Shown piece after piece: positions 1 to 12,566 of a DNA stretch of 51,010 nucleotides (the first letter of the stretch is position 1; each line of letters begins with the position of its first letter). The stretch lies in the NCBI RefSeq assembly GCF_004010195.1, contig NC_057752.1:13408272-13459281 (forward strand), in the 5' to 3' direction. Under the pieces are notes generated by a model. It was not told where the DNA came from. It saw only the letters and a list, made by a program, of their open reading frames with translations, and searched no databases. The translations under genes and the position numbers were made by a program. Origin of the DNA: Chiloscyllium plagiosum. Lineage: Eukaryota.

Positions 1-1050
1 TGACTGATGCACTGCACTGACTGACACAGTGCACTGACTGACACAGTGACTGACACAGTGCACTGACTGATACAGTGACTGACACACTGCATTGACTGAC
101 ACACTGCACTGACTGACACAGTGCAGTGACTGACACACTGCACTGACTGATACAGTGACTGACACACTACACTGACTGACACAGTGCACTGACTGACACA
201 GTGACTGACACACTGCACGGACTGATACGCTGCACTGACTGACAAAATGCACTGACTGACACAATGACTGATACATTGCACTGACTGACACACTGACTGA
301 CACACCACACTGACTGACACACTGCACTGACTGATACAGTGACTGATGTACTGCACTGACTGACACAGTGACTGACACAGTGCACTGACTGATACAGTGA
401 CTGACTGACACACTGCACTGACTAATACACTGAACTGACTAATACACTGACCGAAACACTGTACTGACTGATACACTGCACTGACTGACAAAATGACTGA
501 CACTCTGCAGTGACTGACACAGTGACTGACACACTGCACTGACTGACACAATGATTGATACACTGCACTGACTAACACACTGCACTGACTGACACAGTGC
601 AGTGACTGACACACTGCACTGACTGACACAGTGCAGTGACTGACACACTGCACTGACTTACACAGTGACACACTGCATCGACTGACCCAGTGACTGACAC
701 ACTGCACTGACTGATACAGTGACTGACACATTGCACTGACTGACATAGTGACTGACACACTGCATCGACTGACATAGTGACTGACACACTGCATCGACTG
801 ACACAGTGACTGACACACTGCCCTGACTGACACACTGCACTGACTGACCCAGTGACTGACACACTGCACTGACTGATACAGTGACTGACACATTGCACTG
901 ACTGACATAATGACTGACACACTGCATCGACTGACACACTGACTGACACACTGCCCTGACTGACACACTGCATCGACTGACATAGTGACTGACACACTGC
1001 ATCGACTGACACAGTGACTGGCACACTGCACTGACTGATACAGTTACTGA

Positions 1051-1520
1051 GGTAAAAACAATGACTGCAGATGCTGGAAACCAGATTTTGGATTAGTGGT
1101 GCTGGAAGAGCAGAGCAGTTCAGGCAGCATCCAAGGAGCAGCGAGATTGACGTTTCGGGCAAAAGCTCTTCATCAGGAATAAAGGCAGTGAGCCTGAAGC
1201 ATGGAGAGATAAGCTAGAGGAGGGTGGGGGTGGGGAGAAAGTAGCATTTCACAACATGGTTGAAGAGCTTCAGGGCAGAAGAAATGACCTGGGAGTTGCA
1301 GTGGGAGAGGGACTCCCTGAGATTCTTGTAGAGAGAGGAGGAAAACTTCTTCAAGGCAGGCATCCTTGCAAGAGGATTCGCACTAGGGTTAAAATCAACG
1401 AGGTAAAAACAATGACTGCAGATGCTGGAAACCAGATTCTGGATCAGTGGTGCTGGAAGAGCACAGCAGTTCAGGCAGCATCCGAGGAGCAGCAAAATCG
1501 ACGTTTCGGGCAAAAGCCCT
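1051..1520 (-). mobile_element. Short Penelope-like element: two tandem pLTR copies with a fragment of the PLE ORF 5' end, 12-bp TSD
   Basis: TACAGTTACTGA at 1039-1050 and 1521-1532. Direct repeat at about 1049-1170 and 1400-1520. Hammerhead core on the minus strand. Confidence 0.8.
1146..1180 (-). ncRNA. Minimal hammerhead ribozyme motif (PLE type)
   Basis: Reverse complement: attc CTGATGA a gagc tttt gccc GAAA CGTC aat. One stem II mismatch. Confidence 0.65.
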
Positions 1521-2217
1521 TACAGTTACTGACACACTGACTGACACACTGACTGACACACCACACTGACTGACACACTGCACTGACACACTGCACTGAC
1601 TGATACAATGACTGAACACTGCACTGACTGAGATAGTGACTGACACACTGCATTGACTGACACAGCGACTGACACAGTGCACTGACTGATACAGTTACTG
1701 ACACACTGCACTGACTGACACAGTGACTGACACACTGCACTGACTGACACAGTGCACTGACTGATATACTGCACTGACTGACACAGTGCACTGACTGATA
1801 CCGTTACGGTCCTTACTGAGGTAAAGGATATTAATGCTGGGGAACCTCCCATTTCCGGATCAGATATTGCAAATCACAGATCCCTTGCCGTCTCCGAACA
1901 ATGTGCCTCAGTCCCCACCAAGGGTGTCTGTGCTGTAAGATTGATCATTGCTTACAAACTGCGGACGGTTTTTACACTAGCAGTTTCCGTGGCAACCCTC
2001 ACAGCCAATATGCCGAGGTGTTTAGCATCACCTCAGTCTCGACTGGGTCTGATCCATTTCCCAGAAACCGGGCAAAAGCGCCATGTGATTGTGCCAGCCA
2101 GTGCCCAGAAAGCATCTTTGACACGTACACTAATAATGATTACCAACTGGGGGTGCTGTTGGTGAAGGTTGATGTCAAGGAAGATAGCCACTGACCACCT
2201 TTCTTCCCTTTCTTTAG

Positions 2218-2284
2218 AGTTAGCTGTTCTGTACTGGGCCGAGCCTCAAACTCAGAGATTTACCGACCAGTGGACAGCACTATG
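2218..2284 (+). CDS. slc26a10: SLC26A10-like anion transporter, internal exon (start of STAS region: VSCSVLGRASNSEIYRPVDSTM)
   Basis: Polypyrimidine tract plus tttag acceptor (AG 2216-2217) and ATG|gtaagt donor. Phase 2 to 0, 67 nt. Peptide matches the SLC26 post-TM14 CSVLGxxxxxEIYR motif. Confidence 0.85.
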
Positions 2285-3654
2285 GTAAGTTCCAAGTCCC
2301 AACGGCCTGGAGTATCGCTTACTGAGGGATAAGGGCTGAGACAGTTTGGTGATACAGGGACCCGTACACTAGCGCTGTTCCCTCTCACCCTTAGCAGTGA
2401 CAATAATGCGGTTTAAACGGCAGAAATGTTTTGCCCTGCTGTGCTGAATTGCCTCCTCCTACGCCAGTCTAGTCAAGCTTCAGGAATCTCACTGAAACGG
2501 CCGTTTGTGACAGATGACCCTGGGCAGTGACAACCAAAAGGCAATTCAACAGTGGAGGGCATCACGTATTAACTCAACATTGAAAAACAGACAGTGTTCT
2601 GGAGAGAACTTGGAAGTGGCACAGTAAAGAGGTGATGGTCCCACGGTGGATTTGTTTTGTTTTGAAGATAACTGTTTGAAGATGTGACGAACAATCTAAT
2701 GTGTGATGTTTTCAAGTTCAACTCTTTTGCAAAGCACCCGTTATGAGAATATCTAATGGATTATAATGCCACGTGGGCTATTTTTCGTCTTGTGCAAGTG
2801 TTAGTTGTACTGCATCCGACCACAGCATAAACAACTGAAGAGGGCATTCAGTAGAGTGCACAGTGCTGCCACACTGTGATAACTCAATGCAGTACAGTGA
2901 CACTGCTGTTCCCAAGGCTTCTCCCTGGCTGGCTGACACCTCGTGACTGCAAACCTGCCAGCCAATCTTGTTTGTTCGGAGATTCCATCTCACTTCCGGC
3001 CAAACCGCAGCCGACAACCTGCTCCAAAAACTCTGCCCCCATTTTGACCAATTGTGCCGTGGCGCTTGAGAGAATCTGTCAGGTTCTAAACAAACGGCAC
3101 TCGATATTTGTGAGGGAAGGCACATTTGCCTCATCACCCGTCCATGTGCGTACGTGCCTTCAAGCCTGGAACATTCGAACGTGGATGGCGCATCCACCTT
3201 TCTGTCTAACCAGAAGAGGATTCTTGTGTAAATAGTATGAAGTATTCTGCTCCTATTTACGGGTTACCTCACTGTGATTTACATTACTGTCTCCTACATG
3301 GTCATTCTTTGCTCTGACCCAGTCCCCAAGCCAATGTCACAGTGTTTACTGCACGCGCTCAGGTATTAACCCTTTCAGAACTGTTCTAAACCTTATACAG
3401 CATCATTGTTAATGGATCCTTTCTGTGCAAGTTTGCCAAGAACTATAGACTTCTTCCTCAGGCCAGACCCTATCGGTGTACCAGGCTTTGTTGAAATCTG
3501 TCCTGTTCATTTTTCTTTTGGGATATGGCGAACAGAATGACAAACTGGGGTGTAAACGTTGCCTCTGCACATCTTCGGATTGCAGCAGCACATGGGAATG
3601 AGCACACGCGCTTACAATCAAGCAACGTTTCAAGTTTCAATGTGTCGCCGGGTC

Positions 3655-3805
3655 AAAATGCTGGAATTCACTCCCTTAGGACATTGTGGGTCTACCCACA
3701 GCACATGGACTGCAGTGGTTCAAGAAGGCAACTCAGCCCCACCTTCTCAAGGACGGGACAATATATGCTGGGCCCAGCCAGCAACACCCACATCCCAGAA
3801 ATGCA
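3655..3805 (+). mobile_element. CR1-group LINE 3' end (tail shared with the SacSINE-like element)
   Basis: GACTGCAGTGGTTCAAGAAGGC... A related copy lies at 17390-17620 (-). Confidence 0.6.
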
Positions 3806-4020
3806 TGCTAACAAGAAGCTACTTGATGTATTGGCTGACCGCATCTTGGCCTGAACTCCACTTTCCGGCCCGCTCCCCATGACCCTTCAACCCGGTACTA
3901 ATTAAGCATCTGCCTCGCTCCTCCTTAAACTTACTCAGTGTCCCAGCACCAACCGCACTCTGGGGGATTGAAGGCCACAGTCTCTCAACCTTTTGAGAGA
4001 AGTGATTCTCCTCATCCCTG

Positions 4021-4385
4021 GGTGGCACAGTGGCACAGTGGTTAGCACCGCTGCCTCACAGTGCCAGGGACCCGGGTTCGATTCCAGCCTCGGGCACTGT
4101 CTGTGTGGAGTTTGCACATTCTTCCCGTGTCTGTGTGGGTTTCCTCCAGGTGCTCCGGTTTCCTCCCACACTCCAAAGATGTGGATTGGCCATGCTAAAT
4201 TGTCCCATAGTGCCCAGGGATGTGCAGGTTAGGGTGGATTGGCCATGGGAGATTGCCCCACAATGCCCTGGAATGTGTGGCTTACTGGATTAGCCATGGG
4301 AAATGGAGTGGGTCTGGGTGATATACTTTTTGGAGGGTCAGTATGGACTCGATGGACCAAATGGCCTGCTTCCCCACTGTAGGGA
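4021..4385 (+). mobile_element. HE1-type tRNA-derived V-SINE
   Basis: A box (TGGCACAGTGG), B box (GGTTCGATTCC), V-core TGTGTGGAGTTTGCACATTCT and a CR1-like tail. Confidence 0.88.
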
Positions 4386-4884
4386 TTCGGTTTTAAATCT
4401 TATCCTGAAGCTTTGACTGCTTGTCAGGATCTCCTTTTGTGCCTGGATGTTATACTTTGTTTGGTAATCCCAACCAGGAAGCACCTTGGAATATAGCACC
4501 TGTTCATGGTGCTACATGAGTCTAAGTTGTTGTTGCTATGTGACTTGCCTGACAATTGGGCTCGAACAATGTCAGGGGATTTTGGACATGGGGCAGTGTG
4601 TGTAACAAATCGCCAGTGCGTAGTTCACGGCCCATGTCCAAGCCCATCCCTCACACTGGCTTTGCGAAGCAGTATTGCTGGTGGGCTTCACACAAGGACA
4701 GAAGGGTTGATTCCTTCACAAATCAGATGGCCAGAGAAACGGGGTTTCTGCCTCCTTCCCTTTGCTGCCCTTCAGTGGCTTTGATTGTTTCCTCTTTTAT
4801 TCCGGTCTTGTTCCCACAGCAGTGCGATTCCTGCTGCTTCAGCTGCTGCTGTCTCTGTTTAACACTCTTCTCATTCCATTCCAG

Positions 4885-5064
4885 TGCCAGGAAATTCCCG
4901 GCCTGAAGATCTTGTCTTACAACGCTCCCATTTACTATGGAAATAAGAACTATTTCCGGGATACCATGGCCAAAATAATCGGACTGACCCCAGATAAGAT
5001 CAAAAAGAGGGAAAAGAGAAAGAAAGCACTGGAAAGAGTCGGAAAGATGACCATTACCACCATC
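4885..5064 (+). CDS. slc26a10: SLC26A10-like exon (CQEIPGLKILSYNAPIYYGNKNYFRDTMAKIIGLTPDKIKKREKRKKALERVGKMTITTI)
   Basis: ttccag acceptor and ATC|gtatgt donor, 180 nt, phase 0 to 0. Carries the STAS PGxKIxxxxxPIYYGN motif. GLTPxKI...KALE resembles fish SLC26A10 as I recall it. Confidence 0.92.
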
Positions 5065-5149
5065 GTATGTTTGTTTCGGTTCCCTTCTTGAGTGTGTATA
5101 TGCACTGGTTTCTTCATGGATGGCTGATTGCTATTATTGCAGGTGTTAC

Positions 5150-5545
5150 GTGGGTCTGTATGTGTGTACAAGTTGTGTGTGTTTATGTATGTGTGTGTGC
5201 GTGTCTGCTGGTATCTGTGTGTGTGTGTCTGCGTGTCTGTGTGCATGTGTGTGAGACATAGTGTGTGTGTGTGAATGTGTGTGAGAGAGACAGTGTATGT
5301 GAATGCGTGTTTGTGTCTGTGTGTCAGGTGAAGTGGATGTGTGAGTGACAGTGCATGTGTGGCTGAGAGTGTGGGTGAGAGTCTGCATGTGTGCGCATGT
5401 CTGTCGTTGTGTGTTTGTGTGAGAATGTACATAACAGTGTGTGTCTGTCTGGGTGAGAGTGTGTGTGTGTCAGAGAGTGTTTGTGTGTATGAGTGTGTCT
5501 ACACTGGGTACTGCATGTGTGTGTGCAGGGTGTGCATGTGAATAC
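5150..5545. repeat. Degenerate (TG)n microsatellite
   Basis: Directly visible. Confidence 0.95.
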
Positions 5546-5654
5546 ATGCTCAGCCATGTTACAGACAGCTGAAGGACTGGAAAATAACAATTTTCTCACC
5601 CTAAAACAGCACACATCAGTTAGATACAGAATTCAGTTGCGTCGACATGGTTCC

Positions 5655-5960
5655 CACATGAAACCCTCCCAGGACAGGGACAGCACGAGGTTAGCTACAG
5701 AGTAAAGCCTCCTCTACACTGTCCCCACATCAAACACTCCCAGGACAGGGACAGCAAGGGGTTAGATACAGAGTAAAGCTCCTACACTGTCTTGTAACTG
5801 AAAGTTCCCTTCATGCTATTCCCATTTAACTCTCTCAAGACAGGTGCAGTGCAGAGCAAGTTACAGGCGAAAGCTCCCTCTGCACTGCGCCCATAAAACA
5901 CTCCTGGGGCAGGAACGGCATGGAATTTGATAAAGAGTAAAGCTCACTCTACACTGTCTA
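5655..5960 (+). repeat. Degenerate copies of the 70-bp minisatellite
   Basis: CCCAGGACAGGGACAGCA...TTAGATACAGAGTAAAGC units. Confidence 0.8.
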
Positions 5961-6529
5961 TATCAATGTACAGAAGGAGAATTTCATTAAATCTCAGATT
6001 CTGTTGAAGATTTGAATATGCTTGAATGCAGTATGAACGCTGTAAATATGTAACCAAGGAAGAAAATAATCTGTGGGCTTGTTAAATAGAAATCTCAATG
6101 TGGGAAACTTCCCCGTTCACATAGCTCTGTGTTTGATTCTCCTGACACACTGACCTTTTCTGTTCGAATTTCACGTGAGTCAGTTGGAGACAGTGTGTTT
6201 ATTTTTTTATGTGAGGAATTGGTCGGCGAGTGAGGGGGTGGGGGTAAATTTGAACGTTCAGCGGTAAAACTACACAAACCCCTCAGATTCTGAACAGAAA
6301 TCGCCGCAGGAACCACCCACAGTCCCTGACCAAGCATGGAATCTTCCTCCTAAAGAAACACCTCTGACCCAGAAAGGTTGAGTGAGTTACTGTGACATTT
6401 CTCTGACTACTGTTTTCAGCAGGGATGTACTTCTAATGAATCTCTTGATACCAAAATAAATGCAGGAGGAGGCTATTTAGTCCCTTGAGCTACAATGAAG
6501 ATGACCTTGAGAGAGTTGATTAAGAAAGT

Positions 6530-6845
6530 TGGGACAGCACAGTGGCACAGTGGCTAGCAGTGCTACCTCACAGAGCCAGAACCGGGGTTCAATTCTCACC
6601 TCAGGCAACTGTCTGTGTGGAGTTTGCACATTCTCCCTGTGTCTGCGTGGGTTTCCTGCAGGTGCTCAGGTCTCCTCCCACAATCCAAACATGTGCAGGT
6701 CAGGTGAATTGGCCATGCTAAATTGCCCGTAGTGTTAGGTGAAGGGGTAAATGTAGGGGAATGGGTCTGGGTGGATTGCTCTTCGGAGGATTGGTGTGGA
6801 GTTGTTGGGCCGAAGGGCCTGTTTCCACACTGTAAGTAATCTAAA
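6530..6845 (+). mobile_element. HE1-type V-SINE
   Basis: Same head, core and tail as other copies. Confidence 0.88.
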
Positions 6846-7170
6846 GCACATGGAATAGGAGGTAATGTACCAGAATAGGTCAATGACTGACTAAGAGATA
6901 GAAAACAGAGAGTAGGAATATATGAGTCATTTCTTCATTGCCAGACTTTGGCTGATGGGATACTGTGTGGATCAGTATTTGGGCCCCAGTTATTGACAAT
7001 GGGCTCCAGCTATATTTTTATTTGGACATGTGGACCAAATGTAATATTTCCACATTTGCAGATGATACCAAGCTAACAGGGAATGTGTGTTGCAAATGTG
7101 ATGTTACAGGAGGATTTGGACAGTCTTAGTAATTTGAGCAGGAACATGGAAAAAAGGAATGCAAAGTGGA
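6846..7170 (+). mobile_element. Old CR1 LINE RT fragment
   Basis: Degenerate RKQRVGI...GSVxGP...FADDTKL. Confidence 0.7.
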
Positions 7171-7177
7171 AAAAACA

Positions 7178-8880
7178 CTGTTCCCCATCAAACACTCCCA
7201 GGACAGGGACAGCACAGGATTAGATACAGTGTAAAGCTGCCTCTACACTATCCCCCATCAAACACTCCCAGGATAGGGACAGCATGGAGTTAGATACAGA
7301 GTAAAGCTCCCTCTACACAGATCCCCATCAAACACTCCCAGGACAGGGGCCGCACGGGGTTAGATACAGAGTAAAGCTCTCACTATACTGTACCCCATCA
7401 AACACTCCCAGGACAGGGACAGCACGGGGTTAGATGCAGAGTAAAGCTAACTCTACACTGTCCCCCATCAAACACTCCCAGGACAGGGACTGCATGGGGT
7501 TAGATGCAGAGTAAAGCTCTCTCTGCACTGTACCCCATCCAACACTCCCAGGACAGGGACAGCACGGAGTTAGATACAGTGTAAAGCTCTCTCTACACTG
7601 TCCCCCCATCAAACACTCCCAGGACAGGGACAGCACGGGGTTAGATACAGAGTAAAGCTCCCTCTACACTGTCCCCATCAAACACTCCCTGGAGAGGGAC
7701 AGCACAGGGTTAGATACAGAGTAAAGCTCTCTCTACACTGTCCCCCATCAAACACTCCCAGGACAGGGACAGCACAGGGTTAGATACAGAGTAAAGCTCT
7801 CTCGACACTGTTCCCCATCAAACACTCCCAGGACAGGGACAGCACGGGGTTAGATACAGAGTAAAGCTCCCTCTACACTGTCCCCCCATCAAACACTCCC
7901 AGGACAGGAACAGTACGGCGTTAGATACAGAATAAAGCTCTCTCGACACTGTCCCCATCAAACACTCCCAGGACAGGGACAGCACAGGGTTAGATACAGA
8001 GTAAAGCTCTCTCGACACTGTCCCCCATCAAACACTCCCAGGACAGGGACAGCACAGGATTAGATACAGAGTAAAGCTGCCTCTACACTGTCCCCCATCA
8101 AACACTCCCAGGACAGGGACAGCACAGGATTAGATACAGAGTAAAGCTGCCTCTACACTATCCCCCATCAAACTCTCCCAGGATAGGGACAGCATGGAGT
8201 TAGATACAGAGTAAAGCCATCTCTACACAGATCCCCATCAAACACTCCCAGGACAGGGGCCGCACGGGGTTAGATACAGAGTAAAGCTCTCTCTGCACTG
8301 TCCCCCATCCAACACTCCCAGGACAGGACAGCACGGGGTTAGATACAGAGTAAAGGTCTCACTATACTGTGCCCCATCAAACACTCCCAGGACAGGGACA
8401 GCATTGGGTTAGATGCAGAGTAAAGCTCTCTCTGCACTGTCCCCCATCCAACACTCCCAGGACAGGGACAGCACGGGGTTAGATACAGAGTAAAGCTCTC
8501 TCTACACTCTCCCCATCAAACACTCCCAGGATAGGGACAGCATGGAGTTAGATACAGAGTAAAGCTCCATCTACACTGACCCCATCAAACACTCCCAGGA
8601 CAGGGACAGAACGGGGTCACATACTGAGTAAAGCTGCCTCTACACTGTCCCCCCATCAAATACTCCCAGGATAGGGACAGCACGGGGTTAGTTACAGAGT
8701 AAAGCTCCCTCTACCTGTCTCCCTTCTAACACTCCCAGGATAGGGACAGCACGGGGTTAGATACAGAGTAAAGCTCTCTCTACACTGTCCCCCATCAAAC
8801 ATTTCCAGGACAGGGACAGCACGAGGTTAGTTACAGAGGAAAGTTTTCTTTGCACAGTCACCACTCAAACACTCCCAGGA
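7178..8880 (+). repeat. 70-bp tandem minisatellite, about 24 copies
   Basis: AACACTCCCA recurs at 7191, 7261, 7331, 7401, 7471, 7541 and onward (period 70). Confidence 0.97.
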
Positions 8881-9097
8881 CAACTGCTGTTTATTTTTTT
8901 TGTGGTTCTTTTGTTGCTGAGTGAACGCTGACATTCGTGTCAGCTGATGTCCTGGAATAAATTATTTATGTGGGAATGGGAAATCCTGAGGATCGAAGAT
9001 TTTTGTGGCCTTGCCTCAGCAAGAGAGAAAGTCTTGCTTTGTGACACACTCTGTTGTGGGAAATGTATACGACTTTGTGACAGAATGTGTTTTGCAG

Positions 9098-9152
9098 GAT
9101 AATGGACTCATACAACCTCACTACCCGGCTGACATGACCTCGTCCTCTTCAG
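9098..9152 (+). CDS. slc26a10: SLC26A10-like small exon, STAS variable loop (DNGLIQPHYPADMTSSSS)
   Basis: tttgcag acceptor and CAG|gtactg donor, 55 nt, phase 0 to 1. This is exactly the phase change needed between the flanking exons. The peptide itself is not a conserved motif. Confidence 0.7.
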
Positions 9153-9679
9153 GTACTGATGTGCAAAATCAAAGTTTGTTCTTGGAATTTTCCATTGCTT
9201 AGTGTATTTGCAACTCCTATGTCAGTTTGAATCTTTTTCCATTTAGTTTATGATCCATATCGATCTCCTGCCTCGCCAGCCAGTGCAATTCAGTTAGCAC
9301 ACTTCTGCAGTCAACAAACTTATTTTTAAACATAGTTTACTGACATTTGAGAGAGACAGACAGACGGAGGACAGAGCGAGTGAGGCAGAAAGCCAAAGAA
9401 ATTGAGAAAATGTGAGAGAGATCCAGAGAGAAGTACAGAGAGAGAGAGAGAGAGAGGGAGAATCACAGACCTCTGGGGTGGAGACTGAAAGAAAGAGCAA
9501 AACAGTCACACACTGAGAGACAGTCAGACAGAGATTGAACAAAGGACGAATAGATTGAGCAGGGAATCTGATTGAGACACACTAACTTATGGACAGAGTA
9601 GCTCGTGAGAATCTCTTCCTCATTGCAGACATGTTTCAGACCAGAGCACATGAGTTTAAGGCGAGGAGTCAAGCTAAGT

Positions 9680-10025
9680 GGTTTCAAGGAGATCTGAGAA
9701 AATTTCTTTCCTCCAGAGGGTGGTAGAAATATGGAATGTGCTGCCTGAGAGGGTGGTGGGGGCAGATACTCTCACGACATTTAAGAAGCAACTGGATATG
9801 CCTTTATTCCTGATGAAGGGCTTTTGCCCGAAACATCGATTTTGCTGCTCGTCGGATGCTGCCTGAATTGCTGTGCTCTTCCAGCACCACTGATCCTGGA
9901 TACTTAAAATGTCAAGGCATAGTTGGCTGTGGACCAAGTGCAGATAAATGGGATTAGTATCCCTTGGTGTTTGCTGGTCAGCCCAAACATGGTGGGCCAA
10001 AGGGCCTGTTTCACTGCTGTATGAC
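9680..10025 (+). mobile_element. CR1/HER1 LINE 3' end with a nested short PLE derivative
   Basis: FxQRVVxxWNxLP...FKKQLD. The insertion at 9799-9895 is flanked by CTGGATA (9792-9798 and 9896-9902). Confidence 0.8.
9806..9841 (+). ncRNA. Minimal hammerhead motif (ACGU decayed to ACAU)
   Basis: attc CTGATGA a gggc tttt gccc GAAA CATC gatt. Confidence 0.6.
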
Positions 10026-10079
10026 TCCCTGAGACAGGCAGACAGACAATCAGAGACAGAGAGAGAGATCATAGGCTCC

Positions 10080-10305
10080 CTAAAGTGTGGAAACAGGCCA
10101 TTTAGCCCATCAAGTTCATACTGACCCTCTGAAGAGCATCCCACCCAGACCCACCCCATCCCTGTAACTCTTTGCATTTCCCATGGCCAATCCACCCTGC
10201 AGACAAAGGGAGAATGTGCGAACACCACACAGATAGTGACCCGAGGCTGGGATCAAAGCCGGGTCCCTGACGCCGTGAGGCAGCAGTGCTAACCACTGAA
10301 CCAAT
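10080..10305 (-). mobile_element. HE1-type SINE, internally deleted
   Basis: Head and tail present. Part of the V-core is missing. Confidence 0.8.
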
Positions 10306-11474
10306 GTGCACAGAGACAGTGTGAGAGAGAAATAGATGAAACCCGAGATAAAGAGAGAGAGAAAGATGGAGCGAGACTGAAATGAAGTAAAGTCACCATT
10401 GTCTCAGTGGACCATGGGGCTGCTCTCTGATTAGAGAGAGACGACTGGAGATGGTTTAACCTGAGGGTCACCACCTCAGGCGAGGGGAGGGGTTGAGAAG
10501 GAGTGACTTTCCATGATAACCTCAGTCAGTAAAGACAGGAATAGGGACAAGACTGAGTGAGGTGCCGTTTCAAAATTAAGTTAGTAAGAACAGAACACAG
10601 TGTGTGCTGCAAACCGGAAGTGTGTGACACTGTGAATCTGGAATTTGGCTTGGGTCACCTGGATGTCTTTATACAAACATTTATTTACTTTGGTGCTGAT
10701 TTGTGCTTCCTATGGGTATTGAGCTGCCTTGATGTCAGTGTCTCTGAAATGCCCTGTCTTCAAACTGTCGTCTGTCACAAAATGCACATGTCCAAACAAT
10801 TCAACCAATATTTTGCTTGAACCACCTTTACCCAGGTACCTTGCAGGATCGAAGTCAACAATCTGCCCCAGGAAAGGGCTCAAATGCAAATGCTCCCCTT
10901 GTTTCCACTGATGCTGGGGGAACAGTCATGCTCATTGGCACTCTGTTCGGTGTGGAGTTTACCGTTCACATCCTGGCATTGTGGTCTGATTGCGTTTGCA
11001 GAGAGTTTACTCAAGTCTTTCATCACTTTTGCTCAGATCTCATAATTCCACTTGGTTGGCCAATTTTTAGGCCTGGGAGCCCAGCAGCCTCCTGGCTCCA
11101 CCTCATTCATTGATTGGACAGGGGAACTCTTGATCTTTGCTTATGCTTTGCTTTGTTAGGAAATATTTCAATTCAGATCAAGGCTTGACAATTGTTGCAA
11201 GGCCTCAGGGAGAGAGGGTGAGGTATTGAGAGGTTGGGGTGGGGGCAGGGTTGCTGTGGTGCTGTGAGAACAGGGGTGCAGCTCTTACAATTTAGTCAGA
11301 GCACCATGGTGACCATTGCTGTCTCAGAGGTCAGGTTTCCACCAGGGAGGTGATGGCCTAGTGCTATCATCACTCCTAATCCAGCAAGTCAGTGGCTATC
11401 CTGGAGACCTGGGTTCAAATCCTGCCACGGCAGAGAGTGGAATTTGAGTCCATCCAAGATCTGGAATTAAAGAA

Positions 11475-11790
11475 TTTAGATTAGATTACTTACAGTGTGG
11501 AAGCAGGCCCTTCGGCCCAACAAGTCCACACTGTCCCGCCGAAGCGTAACCCACCCGTTCCTGTACATTTATCCCTTTTACCTAATACTACGGGCAATTG
11601 AGCATGGCCAATTCACCTGACGTGCACATCTTTGGACTGTGGGAGGAAACCGGAGCACCCGGAGGAAACCCACGCAGACACAGGGAGAATGTGCAAACTC
11701 CACACAGTCAGTCACCTGAGTCGGGAATTGAACCCAGGTCTCTGGCGCTGTGAGGCAGCAGTGCTAACCACTGTGCCACTGTGCCACCCA
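11475..11790 (-). mobile_element. HE1-type V-SINE
   Basis: (TTAGA)n tail, V-core and tRNA head on the minus strand. Confidence 0.9.
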
Positions 11791-12385
11791 CAAAGTTGGG
11801 AGGTCATGTTGCAGCTGTATAGGACATTGGTCAGGCCACTTTTAGAATACTGCTTTCAATTCTGATCTCCCCGCTGTAGGGAAGATGTTGTGAAATTTGA
11901 AAGGATGCAGAAAAGATTTACAAGGATGTTGCCGGGGTTGGAGGGTTTGAGCTACAGGGAGAGGCTGAACAGGCTGGGACTGTTTTCCCTGGAGTGTCAG
12001 AGACTGAGGGGTGACCTTATATAGGTTTATAAAATCATGAGGGGCATAGATAGGGTAAATAGACAAGGTCTTATTCCCAGGGTAGGGGGGTCCAAAACTC
12101 GAGAGCATAGGTTTAGGGTGAGAGGGGAAAGATTTAAAAGGGACCTAAGGGGCACTGTTTTCATGCAGAGGGTGGTGCGTGTATGGAATGAGCTGCCAGA
12201 GGAAGTGGTGGAGGCTGGTACAATTGCAATATTTAAAAGGGATCTGGATGGGTACGTGAATAGGAAGGGTTTAGAGGGATATGGGCCAAACGCTGGCAAA
12301 TGGGACTAGATTAATTTAGGATATCTGGTTGGCATGGACAGGTTGGACCGAAGGGTCTGTTTCCGTGCTGTACATCTCTGTGACT
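11791..12385 (+). mobile_element. CR1/HER1 LINE 3' fragment
   Basis: LYRTLVRPLLEYC...RGDLIxVYKIM...TRxH...QRVVRVWNELP. Confidence 0.9.
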
Positions 12386-12432
12386 AAGATTCTGATGATG
12401 AAAATGAAGTTATTGTCGGGGGTGATTTAAAG

Positions 12433-12566
12433 AGGTAAAAACAATGACTGCAGATGCTGGAAACCAGATTCTGGATCAGTGGTGCTGGAAGAGCACAGCA
12501 ATTCAGGTAGCATCCGAGGAGCTTCGAAATCGATGTTTCGGGCAAAAGCCCTTCATCAGGAATAAA
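12433..12566 (-). mobile_element. About 134-bp hammerhead-bearing PLE derivative with a 15-bp TSD
   Basis: GGGGGTGATTTAAAG at 12418-12432 and 12567-12581. Hammerhead core at 12528-12563 (-). Confidence 0.85.

Larger units (their letters stand above)
1..1800. repeat. Degenerate simple satellite (CACTGACTGACA / CAGTGACTGACA units), interrupted by a PLE insertion at 1051-1520
   Basis: Directly visible. It produces the spurious C/S/V/Q ORFs. Confidence 0.97.

Noticed and set aside
167..1852. Cys/Ser/Val/Gln-rich ORFs
   Set aside because: Translations of the simple satellite and the PLE insert.
2876..3235. AWNIRT motif resembling an RTE endonuclease start
   Set aside because: No further APE motifs follow, so support is insufficient.
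4021..4095. tRNA genes at SINE heads (this and all HE1 copies)
   Set aside because: A/B boxes run into the V-core and LINE tail, so these are SINEs rather than tRNAs.
4950..5614. His/Thr-rich ORFs
   Set aside because: Translations of the (CA)n microsatellite.
7178..8880. CRISPR-like regular array
   Set aside because: Contiguous 70-bp units with no unique spacers, no cas genes and a vertebrate context.
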